From Hemiscyllium ocellatum (lineage: Eukaryota): a DNA stretch of 64,000 nt. The stretch lies in NCBI RefSeq assembly GCF_020745735.1, contig NC_083424.1:43324999-43388998 (forward strand). The letters run 5' to 3'. This document shows, piece by piece, positions 36,999 through 49,422 of the stretch. Both the position numbers and the translations under genes were made by a program. Numbering within the stretch: the stretch's first letter is position 1; each line of letters opens with the position of its first letter. Below the pieces are notes generated by a model. It was not told the origin of the DNA and ran no database searches. It saw nothing but the letters and a program-made list of their open reading frames with translations.

Positions 36999-37046
36999 CT
37001 CAGGTATGGAAGGGTTGACATCATCTGGGGAGAAAAACCTTTGTTT

Positions 37047-37286
37047 CAAGATGGTGCTGACACAAGGAGACTCTTTGTGAGCTCTCTACAGCAGATCTTA
37101 TTCTCACATTCTTCGCAATCATTCTTGCTTTTATGCACCTTCTTTGCAGCCATAACTTTGTATTCCTTGCTCAGTTCAATCACCCTATGATCTTTTTATG
37201 GTATGATTTGCCAGCACTGCAAGCAAAGCAAAACTTTTCACTGTACTTAGGTGCATATGACAATAATAAGTCAAATCAAATCAAAT
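37047..37286 (+). mobile_element. Short non-LTR derivative with a Rex1/Babar-like tail
   Basis: aagatggtg start; acttttcactgtac...gacaataa(tcaaa)n tail; a similar element lies at about 47860-48380. Confidence 0.5.
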
Positions 37287-37579
37287 GAAAGGTGCAAAAC
37301 TATAGAGACCTGGAGCACTGCCAGATATATCCCCACTGAACTGTAATTTACCCATCTGACCCCACACTTGGAGATGTGTTCCACCCATAAGCTACATTTG
37401 AATTGGTCATCCAGAGAGTCAACGGTTACATTTTCCAAGCACCAGCAATTCTGACTGCTGTCTTTCACTATCCAGAGATAGTCAGGCTTCAGTAAGTCAA
37501 GTAAAATTCAGAGGGTTGTTGTGGACTTGTTAGGCGAAATGACCTGTTTCTATACTGTAGGGAATCTAATCTATAACAC

Positions 37580-38266
37580 ATATATTTCACAACAGGAGGT
37601 ACAATTGAAGAAAAAGACATCCATAGCTTTTGGCAATAATATAAACTAAATGAACTTTAATACTGTTAGTGTGTAAATTTTGAGTGAAAAGACAGTTTAC
37701 AAAGTGAGTTGCAGTGACATTTCGCAATTTGTTAGTTAAATATTTCAATCCAATTTTTACAATCAGCAGGGTAAGGGGAGAAAAAAGTAAATACATTTTT
37801 ATTAAATCAGGAAAAGATATTTCAAAATCAGAGTTTCAATTTTATCATATTGATTTAATTCACATGGATAAAATAACAGCAAAATATGCAGATTTAAAAT
37901 TGATGCTGCCAAATATATTTAGAGTATCACATTATTGGGAATATCTGGGGAAGGCCAGGCACAATTACAGTTTCACCTGTAATTCTCCAACCACGGAGCT
38001 CCCAGTCCCTTCCACCTTAAGCAACACTTGGATTAGACACATGATTTGAGGATTTTCATTAAACATATTGCACATCAATATCTCTCAAAATAAAGTAATT
38101 CTACTGTTAAAAATATGCAAGTAAGTACCTCCTTCATAAAATGTTCATGGCTTTTATTAACAACCAACTGCCCTAAGTACAGCTTAACCCCTGTTGCTTT
38201 CTCTCTCCCAGTGGCTAGATCCAGACCTAAAGCTTGTTACAAGGTAGTCTGCTTTGGTTGGCAAGA
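37580..38266 (-). other. HNF1A: Probable HNF1A 3' UTR with AATAAA signals (38153-38158, 37798-37803 on minus)
   Basis: Repeat-free AT-rich sequence directly after the stop codon, with tttatt hexamers on +. Confidence 0.5.
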
Positions 38267-38379
38267 TTACGGTGCAGTGGAGGACATCTGTGGCGAGATG
38301 AAGGTCTCAATGCTGCTTTGACTCGGTGACAGGAGGTGGCCATCCGCTGGCTGTGTGTTTTGATACATGACCAGACTAC
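38267..38379 (-). CDS. HNF1A: HNF1A last coding exon (equivalent of human exon 10)
   Basis: Minus strand: acceptor ...tctcaatttcctcAG (38381-38380), phase 1, (G)SLVMYQNTQPADGHLLSPSQSSIETFISPQMSSTAP*. Aligns by eye with the human C-terminus [38 protein letters not shown]. Confidence 0.93.
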
Positions 38380-38607
38380 CTGAGGAAATTGAGAGTGAAG
38401 AAGCAAAAGGTAATTGTCACAATGCTGACATTCATTCAAAACATTCTCTATGCCTGTCTCCCAGCAGCTTCAAGTGAAGACTCTAGGAAAGATTATTGTG
38501 TTCAGTTTGTCAGGACAATGAAGATTCCTGGCACTCTATCAAATCTGCTTGACACACCACCTGGAGGGCAAGAGGCCACCAAAAGTATCTTTTGCCCCCT
38601 GTCTGTT

Positions 38608-38930
38608 GAGGTAGTATAGTGGTGATGTCATTGGACCTAGTAATCCAGAATCCTAGGCTAATGTTCTGATGACATCGTTTCAAATCCCACCATGGCAGAT
38701 GAACTCGAGTTCAATGAAAATTCTACAATTTAAGAAAAAAATGCAATCAATGTTGTAAATATCTGTCCAGTTCGCTAACGATCTTCAGAGAAGGAAATCT
38801 GCCATCCTTACCTGGTCAGGCCTACGTGTAACTCCAGATGTACAGGAATGCAGTGGAATCATAACTGCTACTGGGCAATAAATGCTGGCCTAGCCAGCAA
38901 CACCCACATCTCATGTACAAATGAAAAAAT
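38608..38930 (+). mobile_element. tRNA-derived SINE with CR1-type tail (other copies about 30370-30580 +, 45720-46020 -)
   Basis: A/B-box-like tagtggtgatgtcattggac...ttcaaatcccacc and gggcaataaatgctggcctagccagc tail. Confidence 0.7.
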
Positions 38931-39084
38931 ATTACTCCAACAATCCCTGAGAAATCCCTTTAATTTCATTTTCAGGACAGGGAGAAGGATAGTGCAGACA
39001 TTAAGTGTCAAAATGGGGGAACATAGACTGAGAGCAGCTACTTGCAGGTATGTCCACATTTGGAAAGTGGCAGTCTTTTTAAAG

Positions 39085-41572
39085 TAATATAGTGAGAATT
39101 CAGGGCCAGTGTATTCCACCAAAGGCAGCAAGTCCACGGAACTCTGGATGGCAAGGAATATTGCAATTTTGATAAGGAAAAAAAATTAAGCATATGTCAG
39201 GTACAGTGCATTAAAAACGGGGGAGGCTGTTCAGCAGGGGAAAGAGATGCTGTGAAATATTTTTGGCAGACAGGATCAAGGAAGACCCTATGGTATTTTA
39301 TAAGTATATTAAAAGTAAGAGGATTACGAGGGAAAAAGTGGGGCCTATTAGAGACCAAAGGGTTAACTTATGTATAGAAGCAGAGAACATGGGTGAGGTC
39401 TTAAATACGTACTTCTCATTTGCATTATAGTCAGGGATATCATTTAGGATGATGAAGTCCTAGAACATTTTAACGTTAATAAGGAGGGGGGTATTAAATA
39501 TTTAAGCAGGCATAAAGGTGCATAAATATTTAATCTTCGAGGAGAAAGTGAGGACTGCAGATGCTGGAGATCAAAGCTGAAAATGTGTTGCTGGAAAAGT
39601 GCAGCAGGTCAGGCAGCATCTAAGGAACAGGAGAATTGACGTTTCAGGCATGAGCCCTTCTTTAGGAATGAGGAAAGTGTGCCCAGCAGGCTAAGATAAA
39701 AGGTAGGGAGGAGGGACTGGGGGAGGGGCGTTGGAAATATGATAGGTGGAAGGAGGTCAAGGTGAGGGTGATAGGCCGGAGTGGGGGTGGGGTCGGAGAG
39801 GTCAGGAAGAAGATTGCAGATTAGGAAGGTGGTGCTGAGTTCGAGGGATTCGACTGAGACAAGGTGGGGGGAGGAGAAGTGAGGAAACTGGAGAAATCTG
39901 AGTTCATCCCTTATGGTTGGAGGGTTCCTAGTCGGAAAATGAGGTGCTCTTCCTCCAGCCGTCATGTTGCTATGGTCTGGCGATGGAAGAGTCCAAGGAC
40001 CTGCATGTCATTGGTGGAGTGGGAGGGGGAGTGGGAGTTGAAGTGTTGAGCCACGGGGTGGTTGGGTTGGTTGGCTCGGGTGTCCCAGAGGCTTGATGCG
40101 ATGTATCCCCGGCTGCTATGGGAGGTAAGGGAGATGATTGCTGGGGCCCTGGCGGACATATGTAGCACTCTGTCGGCCACAGGTGAAATGCCAGATGACT
40201 GGAGAATAGATAATATGGTTCCTTTGTTCAAGAAAGGCAGCAGGCCAGGTAATTACAGACCAGTTAGTCTGATGTCAGTGGTAGACAAATTATTGAAAAA
40301 GTTCTGAGGGACAGGATTAATTAACACTCAAAAAGGCAAGGATTGATCAGGGATAGTCAGTACAGGTTGGTTAGAGGATGATATTATTTCATTTAGTTGA
40401 GTTATTTGAGAAATACATTGATGAGTGTAGTGCAGTTGATATGGTTTACATGGACTTCAGTAAGATCTTTGACAAGGTCCCAGTTGGAAGATTGGTTCAA
40501 AAGGTAAGAGACCGTGGGTCCAAGACAAGCTGGCAAAACGGATAGAAAATTGGCAAAGGGTGATGGGTGGAGGGAATTTTTCATCATTGGAAGCCTGGAA
40601 TCAGCAGGCTACCACAGGGATCAGTGCTGGCACCCTTGCTGTTTGTTATGTACATTAACCACATGGATGGTATAATTAATAAGTTTACAGATGAAATGAA
40701 AATTGGTGGTGTTGTTGATACTGAGCAGGATACAGGCTACAGTCAGATATTGATCAGCTGGTAAATTAAGCAGAGCAATGGAGGGTGGACTTTAATCCTG
40801 ATCATGTGAGGTGATACATTTTGAGAGCTCTAATAAGAGAAGGATATGCAACAATGAATCATAAGTCTCTCGGGAGTAATGAGGAGCAAAGGGACCTTAA
40901 TGTGTAGGTGCACCAATCCTTGAAAGTGTCAGCACTGGTAGATGTGGTGAAGAAGGCACACAGATACTTGCTTTCTTTAGCCAGAGCTTAGAATATAGGA
41001 GCTAGGAAGTCTTGTTACAACTTTATAAAACATACATTAGACCTCAGAAGGAATACTATGTGCACCACACTATTGGAAAGATGTGATTGAACTGGAGAGG
41101 GTGCAGAGGAGATTCATCAAGATGTTGCCTGGGATCATAAGTCTCAGCTATGAGGAGAAACTGGATAGGCTGTGTTTGCTTTCCTTGGAGCAGAGAAGGC
41201 TGAGGGGGGAATCTGATTGAATGTACAGGATTATGTGAGGCATAGACAGAATAGATTACGAGAATCTCTTCCCCATAACAGACAGTTGAAGACCAGAGGG
41301 TACAAGTTGAAAATGAGGGGTAAGTGGTTTACATGAGATCTGAGAATTTGTTTTCACCCAGAGGGAGGCAGGAATATGGAATGTGCTGCTTGGGAGGATG
41401 GAGGGAGTTAAACTTGCAAAATTTAAGAAGCATTTGGATGAGCACTTAAAATGCAGGGAACAGTAGGCTATGGACCAAGTGCAGGTAAATGGGATTAACA
41501 TAGCTTGGTGTTTGTCAGTCAGCATAGACAAGGTGGACTGAACAGCTTGTTTCAATGGTGTATTACTCTATG
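39085..41572 (+). mobile_element. Decayed CR1 LINE in HNF1A last intron
   Basis: MPDDWRIDNMVPLFKKG..NYRPVSL, LPQGSVLAPLLF..KFTDEMK motifs and 3' UTR. Confidence 0.9.
39540..40090 (-). mobile_element. 5'-truncated Penelope-like element (family A, Neptune-type) nested in CR1
   Basis: Minus-strand PVAQHFNSHSPSH...MQVLGL...LEEEHLIFRLGTLQP (GIY-YIG C-terminus), then degenerate hammerhead near 39638-39666 and the family-A 3' end. Confidence 0.85.
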
Positions 41573-41573
41573 A

Positions 41574-41773
41574 CTGACTTCTGCTATGTTATTTGATGTC
41601 AATCACGCTATGGAAAACTGCTATAAAAATCACGCTATAGAAAATTGCTAATAGAAAATCGCTAAACCCATTCAGTAGAAAGTTCGCATTATCCAAACAA
41701 CATCCAAAATTTGTCAATCACGTTATAGCCAATTCGCGCTGACGAAACATGCGTTGTAACAGAATGGTCTGTA
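41574..41773. mobile_element. Tigger-like MITE remnant with internal aaaatcgctata-type repeats
   Basis: Right end gcgttgtaacagaatggtctgta; degraded left end. Confidence 0.5.
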
Positions 41774-43093
41774 AGTCACATTGTGATAATGATGGAATGA
41801 ATTGCATGCTCGTGCCATACTCAAAAATATAGTTAATTTCCTTTGTGAATTTGTGGATTAAAACATAATTCTTTTTCGACTGGTCAGCTTTTTCCTGGGA
41901 TTGTCATATTGAACCCTACAGCAGTCGCTGTAAATATTGTTCGCAAATGAACAATCAGTGGAATAAAGATTGGGTGAAAAGACATGAAACTTTAAATTAT
42001 AGAGTAGCGAGATAAAGCATCAAGTCTAAAAATGTCAAACATGTCAAGAGCTATAATATTAATTAATGCTTAAATTAATCTACACACCAATAGTTAGACA
42101 TAGTGGTTAATTATAAAAGATTATTTCTTGAAAGCCATTCATCGAAAGGTTAAGCTAAATGGCCAGTAGGCTGCAGATTGGAGTTAGCCTTGAGGGTATT
42201 AGTCATGACTGGGACAGCTTGCATGCTTTTGGAAGAGACAGGAAAGGAACAGTCATTCAACCTTCCTACTGCTTATCCACTATTGCACACCCAGGCCTGG
42301 AAACGCTGGCTTTGGATGGAGACAATATGTGGGTCAGGCTGGATTCCCACCAAAGTTCAATACCGACTTGACTCACGATAGAAAATCAGAGCTGTGGTTA
42401 AAAAGCCCCTGGTCGCCGTGGATGAGTACTTTTCAATGATTCAGAGCTTCATGACAGAATTTTAAACTGATGTTTTTGTGTAAGAGAAAGGAAGAGGAAA
42501 AGGTGTGAAAGAGCCTTTTACATTTGGCCTGTCCAATGTTTTTACTTTTTGGGTAACATTATACTGTTCGTTACTAATATTAGCAAGGAGAACAGTCTGT
42601 AGTTATAATGATGTTTGAACACAAGCTGAGCAAAGAGATAAGACCTAGTTAAGAGCATTCAGTCACACAGCGTTCAGCAGCTGCACTGATCAATTGGGAA
42701 TTGAATTTAACAAAGTAGATCTGCTTTTAAATAGTAAAGTGATGAACGTTGTGTATACGTTAAGCATTCATCTGAGTTAACATTACTTCAGTTATTTTAG
42801 GTTGTAGAAAATATAAAGGATTTAATCCTCAGCTACTGAACATATATTATGATTCATTTAAATTGAGGGTAACTTCTCTATTAATTTCTGCTCCCTCTCC
42901 AAGTCTGTTTGATACGTCTGTCTGACCTGATGGCAGGATTTTGCCAGTATCTTTCAGAAATAGTGCTGGGGGCTGGGTGCCGTACAAAGTTATCTGTCAT
43001 TTCCCTTCTCTGCCTATGTCCAAGCTACACTCAGCTACAGTCAAGGACTCAGTGGGTGTGAGAGACCCACGTGCAAGTCCACCATTCCGGGAG

Positions 43094-43280
43094 GATGATG
43101 CAGAGGTGCTGGTGTTGGACTGGGGTGGACAAAGTCAGAAGACACACAACACTAGGTTGTAGTCCAACAGGTTTATTTAAAATCGCAAGCTTTGAAGGCA
43201 CTGACAAAGGAGCAGCGCTCTAATAGCTTGTGATTTCAAATAAACCTGTTGGACGATAACCTGGTGTTATGTGACTTCTG
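43094..43280. mobile_element. Family-B PLE fold-back insertion
   Basis: Inverted arms aggttgtagtccaacaggtttattt / aaataaacctgttggacgataacct; TSD attc[c/t]gggag at 43084-43093 and 43281-43290. Confidence 0.78.
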
Positions 43281-43691
43281 ATTCTGGGAGAAGGCAGAAG
43301 ATCACAAAGATTAAATGGCTTGGTGATTTACAGGAGTGGGGCCTAAGGGCTGGTCCTGGTCTGAACCCAGCCTTTAAAAACTGTCTAATCTGATACAATA
43401 AATTTTCCAATTACCTGGTCCTGCCCCTATGCCCCACTTACGAGGATTGCATATTGGAAAGTTACATGACTTTCTGTTCATTTTATATCCATCAGAACAA
43501 CCAGAAAATTTCTTCTAATTAATATAAATTGAGATGACACTGTTGCTTTTATTTCACTCAGGATGGTTATTCCTGCTTGCATTTCACATTCGACAACAAA
43601 TCTTCAGGTTCAAACTGAAGTTCACGACATGTACAGGACGAATAAATAATAGAAATTGCTTGTTAATGGATTGGGTTAGACAGAAGGATGA

Positions 43692-43854
43692 GGAAAATCG
43701 ACATTTCAGGCAAAAGCCCTTCATCGGGAATGATTCATTCCTGATGAAGAGCTTTTGCCGGAAACATCGATTTTCCTGCTCCTTGGATGCTGCCTGACCA
43801 GCACCACTCTAATCTAGACTCTGATCTCCAGCATCTGCAGTCCTCACTTTTGCC
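43692..43854 (+). mobile_element. Family-A PLE insertion with inverted 5' end (hammerhead on both strands)
   Basis: TSD ttaga[c/g]agaaggatga at 43676-43691 and 43855-43870; palindrome centre at 43734. Confidence 0.82.
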
Positions 43855-44733
43855 TTAGAGAGAAGGATGACAGCCTTGTACCAGAAGGGTGCAGCATTAC
43901 GCTTTGCATTCAGTCGTTAAAGATGTGTGACTTGAAAAATAACGTATAATTCACAGATTACCTACTTCGTGACAATAGGGACCCCTGACAATACTAGCTC
44001 TGCTGTAGATTATCGGTCAAAACTGCATCTTCTTTATTTATGTAATCTCAGGTCCTGTGGTTACTGCGAGGGTAGGTTTGCATAGCGTTTGCAATGTCAC
44101 TTCATGAAGGGCACAGAATAAAGCTTTTCTCCCACGTGGTATAATGTAGCAAATGAATTTGTGAGGATCTTGTCTTCTCTGTAATCCAAACTAAATTGTA
44201 AACATGTTGCTCTTGATACGTGAACATTTGCACTTGAAATGCCAAGAACTTCAGTAATATATTTACAACATTGGTCAAATGATTGATTTATTGTGAGCTA
44301 AATTTTCAACTTGCCATCCTAGTCCATCATGAAAAGGGATTTCCATGGATTTTGATTGATAAAATGCCTCTCAAAACAATCAAGCTATTGCTTGAAGAAG
44401 GTAACCATAGAAGGATATGACGTGAGGGATGGAGAATGGGAACACACTCAGTGGTTTATGTGTGAAAAGCCACAATTTCATCTGCTAAGAACCTCACTTG
44501 CCTTCACGGTGTGAATGGCCATCAGACTAAGGAAGTACTTGGGTGTCTTTGTATTGGAATAGTTAAGTCATTTTAGTCAGCAGTGTGGAAATTATCACCA
44601 AAATTCATCAACCTCAGACACAATTCAACATAAAAAGTTTTGATTGGCTGCAGAGAGCACACTAAATTGCCACTTAGTCACTCATTCTAACAAGTCAGTT
44701 TAAATGTCAGAAGAATCAAGGCATAGATCAGCA

Positions 44734-45012
44734 TAGAATCATAGAATCCCTATAGTATGGAAGCAGGCCGTTCAGCCCATTGAGTCCACATTGACCTTTC
44801 GAAGAGTATCCCACCCAACCTCCCCCCACCCCTCTGTCCGTGTAACCCTGCATTTCCCGTCGCTAATCCACCTGGCCTGCACATCTCTGGACACTATGGG
44901 CAATTTAGCATGGCCAATCCACCTAACCTGCACCTCTTTGGACTGTGGGAAGAAACTGGAGCAGCAGTTGGAAACCCACTCAGACATGAGGAGAATGTAA
45001 CAATTGCACATC
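44734..45012 (-). mobile_element. HE1 SINE (partial), followed by an L2 tail
   Basis: atagaatccctatagtatggaagcagg...gggcaatttagcatggcc. Confidence 0.85.
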
Positions 45013-46422
45013 CCCAATTTCCTTTCCCCAACATGCGCAATCCTTCAGCCCTTTAGCATCAAACTCTGAACCTCTCTGTCTAACTCTCACTTTTTTAATG
45101 TGTTCACTTGCCCCATATCTCCTTATCTGCCTTGGTGTCAAATTTTGTCTGTGTTCAATTGAGCATGTAACCATATGGTTTGAACAACAGTCTATCCATT
45201 GTAAATACGAACCATTTATTTGTCTAAGTGGGTCCATTTAATTCCTCATTACTCATTATCTGCTGGATTCTAGCCAAAATAAATGTCTTGAAGTGGACTA
45301 ACCTTTCATGTCCTTGAAGAAATTAGTTTGTACATGATAAAGCTCTTGTAATTCAGTGTGGAAAATCTTTGCTGATGCCTCACAAATGTATTCAATAAGA
45401 AGGGGAGCTGTACAGATCAGATTGAAACTCAGAGCTGAGCTGAGTTGGCAAGGTTTCTGTTATCCTGATGGACTTTAGCTACTGTCTCTGTGATGTATTA
45501 CTGAAAGCAGTGGGTGCAACATCATCTGTGTTAATGGTGGTGAGGATGGACATTAAACCTTGTTCTAAATACGTCTATCAAGCAGTGGTCATGCTGTGCT
45601 TCTTGAGTGTTGAGCATTTGCCCACACAACTGATGTGAACCTATGACCTCTGTGATGTAGATTTGAGCAACTTATCAACAGTAATATCATTGTAGGGCAT
45701 GGTGAAATGGTCAGATCTCTTTTTATACCTTGGTGGGATCTGGGTGTTGCTGGCTACACTAGCATCTATTGCTCATCCCTAAGAGTTGGCACCATTACTG
45801 TGGTACTTTCCTTCCCTAAAGGACATTAGTGAACTAGATGCATTTTTCCCAACAATTGACAATGATTACAAGGTCATCATTAGACTCTTAACTCCAGAAT
45901 TAATTATTAAATTGACATTCTACCACCTGTCATGAAGGGGTTTGAACCTGTGTCCTTAGGACATTACCTTGGTCTCTGGAAATATAGTCTAGTGATAATA
46001 CCAGTGGCCATTGCCTTCCCTTGCATTCTTGGAAATGGGCATTAATTCACAAAAATGTTAATCTGCTGTTGTCCAGACACTAAGGCTATCATATTTTAGT
46101 CATTCTCAGGATATGTTCTTGCTAGTAAAACTAACATTAATGCTGCCCTTAATTCTCTGTGAGAAGATGATCATGTGCTACCTTCTTGACAACATTTCCT
46201 GTTGAAATATATTTTACTAATGTCATTGCAATTAGTGCTCCTCCTGAATTTTCAATCTTGCTCCTCCTCAGTTTCAAGGGTGACATCCTGCGCTTCATTC
46301 TTGCATTGTTCATGTGCACTTAGCAAGGTTCAAAGGAAGAATATTCCGTACTGAATTCCCTCTGCCTCTCCACCTTTCAGACACTCATCTGAGCATATTT
46401 CCTTGACATAGCTTTAAGTTGC

Positions 46423-46627
46423 AAAAACAGAAACAGCTGGAGAAACCCATAGGTCTGGCAGCATCTGCGGAGAGAGAAACAGAGTCAATGTTTGAGTTGA
46501 GTGACCCTTATTTGGAAGAGTCACTGGACCCGAAACATTAACTCTGCTTTCTCTCTGTAGGTGCTGCCAGACCTGCTAAGGTTTCCAGCCATTTCTATCT
46601 TGTTTCAGATTTCCAGCATCTGCAGTT
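46423..46627. mobile_element. Family-C PLE fold-back inserted in an L2 tail
   Basis: ggtctggcagcatctg...gtgacccttat|ttggaagagtcactggacccgaaacattaactc...gctgccagacc. Confidence 0.78.
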
Positions 46628-46905
46628 GATTAGATTAGATTCTCTACAATGTGGAAACTTCGGCTCAGCAAGACCACACCGACCCTCCGAAGAGTAACCC
46701 ACCCAGCCCCATTTCCCTCTGACTAATGCACCTAACACTATGGGCAATTTACCATGGCCAATTCACCTAACCTGCACATCTTTGGACTGTGGGAGGAAAC
46801 TCACGCAGACATGGGGAGAATGTGCAAACTCCACACAGTCGCCCGAGGCTGGAATCGAACCCAGGTGAGGCAACAGTGCTAACCACTGAGCCACTGTGCC
46901 ACCCT
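46628..46905 (-). mobile_element. HE1 SINE
   Basis: Tail, V-domain and head present. Confidence 0.88.
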
Positions 46906-48601
46906 TCTTTATGTTTTGTTTATAGCTTTAAATCACCTATTCTAATATCTCCGGTATTGGCTCAGAGTCAATTTGGATCCAATTATGCTCCTGTGAATTG
47001 CCTTGAAATATAACAGAACATTAAGGATGCTATATCCACTTTTTATGTAAATATACCCACTTTTTGAATTTAAAATGATGTAGTCCCTTCTCCACTTAAA
47101 ATCTGTAGAGCAATCAATGGGAGCCGACATACAAACATGTTCTGTTCCTCCTTTCCAGGAAGGCAATTTTTGAGATTTATCATGGGGTATTCCAGTGATG
47201 AGGTTTGTGTTTCCTTAATGTCTTAGTACCTGTCCCATTAGTGCAACACAGCAGTAAATTTATGTCTCGCCTGAATTTTTGAACTGGGCTTTGCAATGGA
47301 CAGCAGGGTTGGAGTTAAAAATACTTAAATCCTCTTGCCATCCCCAAAGCAGGTATCCCATCGAGGCTATAAGAAGGTGATGTAGATGTCACAAGCAACA
47401 TGCCTGGCTGCATGCTCCACACAGGCAGAACATCCACTGCAAATGGAGCTTGTAATGAAAGAAAGGTTGCATTTTCTCTCACAGCACTGACTACACACCG
47501 TTCATTAGAACATAGTTATCTCAGAAACCCTTCTACAATGACGCAGTTTAGCGACAATAGCCTGGGCAATGCACAGTGTGGGCAGTATATGCCTATCACT
47601 AGCAGGGATAACCTCAACAGAACTGTTAGTCAAATATTGTGCAACTTTGATTCTTTTGTCTGGATTTATTGATTCCAAAGCTGAGAGATGGGAGACAAGC
47701 AAGATGACAAGTGGTAATTAAGCTCATTCCTCTTGTGAATTATAGGATAAGATATAGCTGGCATCTGACTCTTGGAAGGATGGAGCATATAACCAGCCCA
47801 CATTGAATGAGACTGAAATTTTTGGCAACTTTTTCACCCAGATGCAGCAGCAACAAAGCTCCTCCAGTGATCGGAGGTGGCCGTGGATTCATTTCAAAAT
47901 GGTGGTGAAGACAGCAAGGTGACATCTTGGAGGATGGCACCTCAGTGAGGTGGTGGCCTGATCTGGCAGCAGAGCCAGGGACTCCTGGTTGCATGGGCCC
48001 AGAGTGGGTCCTCCTGGCATTAGTGAGGCAGTGGCAGAGCCTGGGATTCCTGGTTGCGGGGTGAGTGTGGGTTCAGCATGGGACTCGGCATCAGTGGTGA
48101 CATTGATGAGGTGGCCCCAGCAGCGAAGAGATGGTGCCTAAAGAGTGGCGTCTCCAATGTCGGTGGGTCCAGTGCAGGTGGCAGTGAGGTGGTGGAGGAG
48201 AGGTGGGAGTGCAGGTTTACTGGTGAGTGGACTTAGGGGTCTCTTTCAGTTATATCTTTTATCCCTTTTATTCTTAAACTTTTCAAAATGGTGCCACATT
48301 GAAGTACCTGTTGAAGCTTTTCCCTGTATTTTGCTGTATTATTCACTGTAAAATGGGAGTGATAATAAATAAATCAATCATTCGTTCCCAGACTGCTGGC
48401 CATGACTCGTTTACTGGCGTCATATTGGACTGAAAGACTGATCCAGCTGCTAAGCGCCATGACACTTCAACCAGCACCAGAAAGAGTGATGACTCGAAGG
48501 CTAGGACTGAAGAAGCTCTGGGCTGAAACATTCTGTGCCAGACATATGGCACACACTAACCCTCTCAGGGTGGCACCACTTGAACACCACTAGAGGATTG
48601 T

Positions 48602-48935
48602 GGCATCACAGTGACTCAGTGGTTCATACTGCTGCCTCACAGCACCAGGGACTTGAGTTTGATTCCAGCCTCGGGTGACTGTCTGTGTGGAGTTTGCACA
48701 CTCCCTGTATCTGTGTGGGTTACCTCTGGGTGCTCGGTCCAAATCTGTGCAGATTAGGTGGATTGGCCATGCTAAATTGCTTGGAATGTGCAGGCTAAGT
48801 GGATTAGCCATGAGAAATGCAGGGTGATAGGGTGGAGGGGAGAGGGTGTTGGTCAAGGTGGGCTGCTCTTTGGAGCGTTGGTGTGGACTCGATGGGCCGA
48901 ATGATCTGCTTCCATACTGTATGGATTCTATGATT
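48602..48935 (+). mobile_element. HE1 SINE
   Basis: cagtgactcagtggtt...actgtatggattctatgatt. Confidence 0.85.
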
Positions 48936-49102
48936 CACAGTAACTACCCCCAGGGAAAACTGCATAAGTGCTACCAATTGTAGCAAACTATAGAGTTCAA
49001 TCATCTTGATTCAGTTCTGTGATGGATGGGAATTGGGGAGAATTTCAGATCTCTAGCTTTGCTGCGAGTGTATCTTTGAAAGTTACTTTTAAACAATGAT
49101 AA

Positions 49103-49422
49103 GATTAGATTAGATTAGATTACTTACAGTGTGGAAACAGGCCCTTCGGCCCAACAAGTCCACACCGACCCGCCGAAGCGCAACCCACCCATACCCCTAC
49201 ATTTACCCCTTACCTAACACTAGGAGCAATTTAGCATGGCCAATTCACCTGACCCGCACATCTTTGGATTGTGGGAGGAAACCAGAGCACCCGGAGGAAA
49301 CCCACACAGACACGGGGAGAACGTGCAAACTCCACTCAGTCAGTCGCCTGAGTCGGGAATTGAACCCGGGTCTCAGGCACTGTGAGGCAGCAGTGCTAAC
49401 CACTGTGCCACCGTGCCGCCCA
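49103..49422 (-). mobile_element. HE1 SINE (young subfamily, very similar to 14097-14404)
   Basis: Shared cgccgaagcgcaacccacccatacccctac signature. Confidence 0.92.

Noticed and set aside
41600-41670. Short interspersed repeats that could be read as a CRISPR-like array
   Set aside because: Degenerate roughly 12-bp internal repeats of a MITE, with no unique spacers, in a eukaryotic context.
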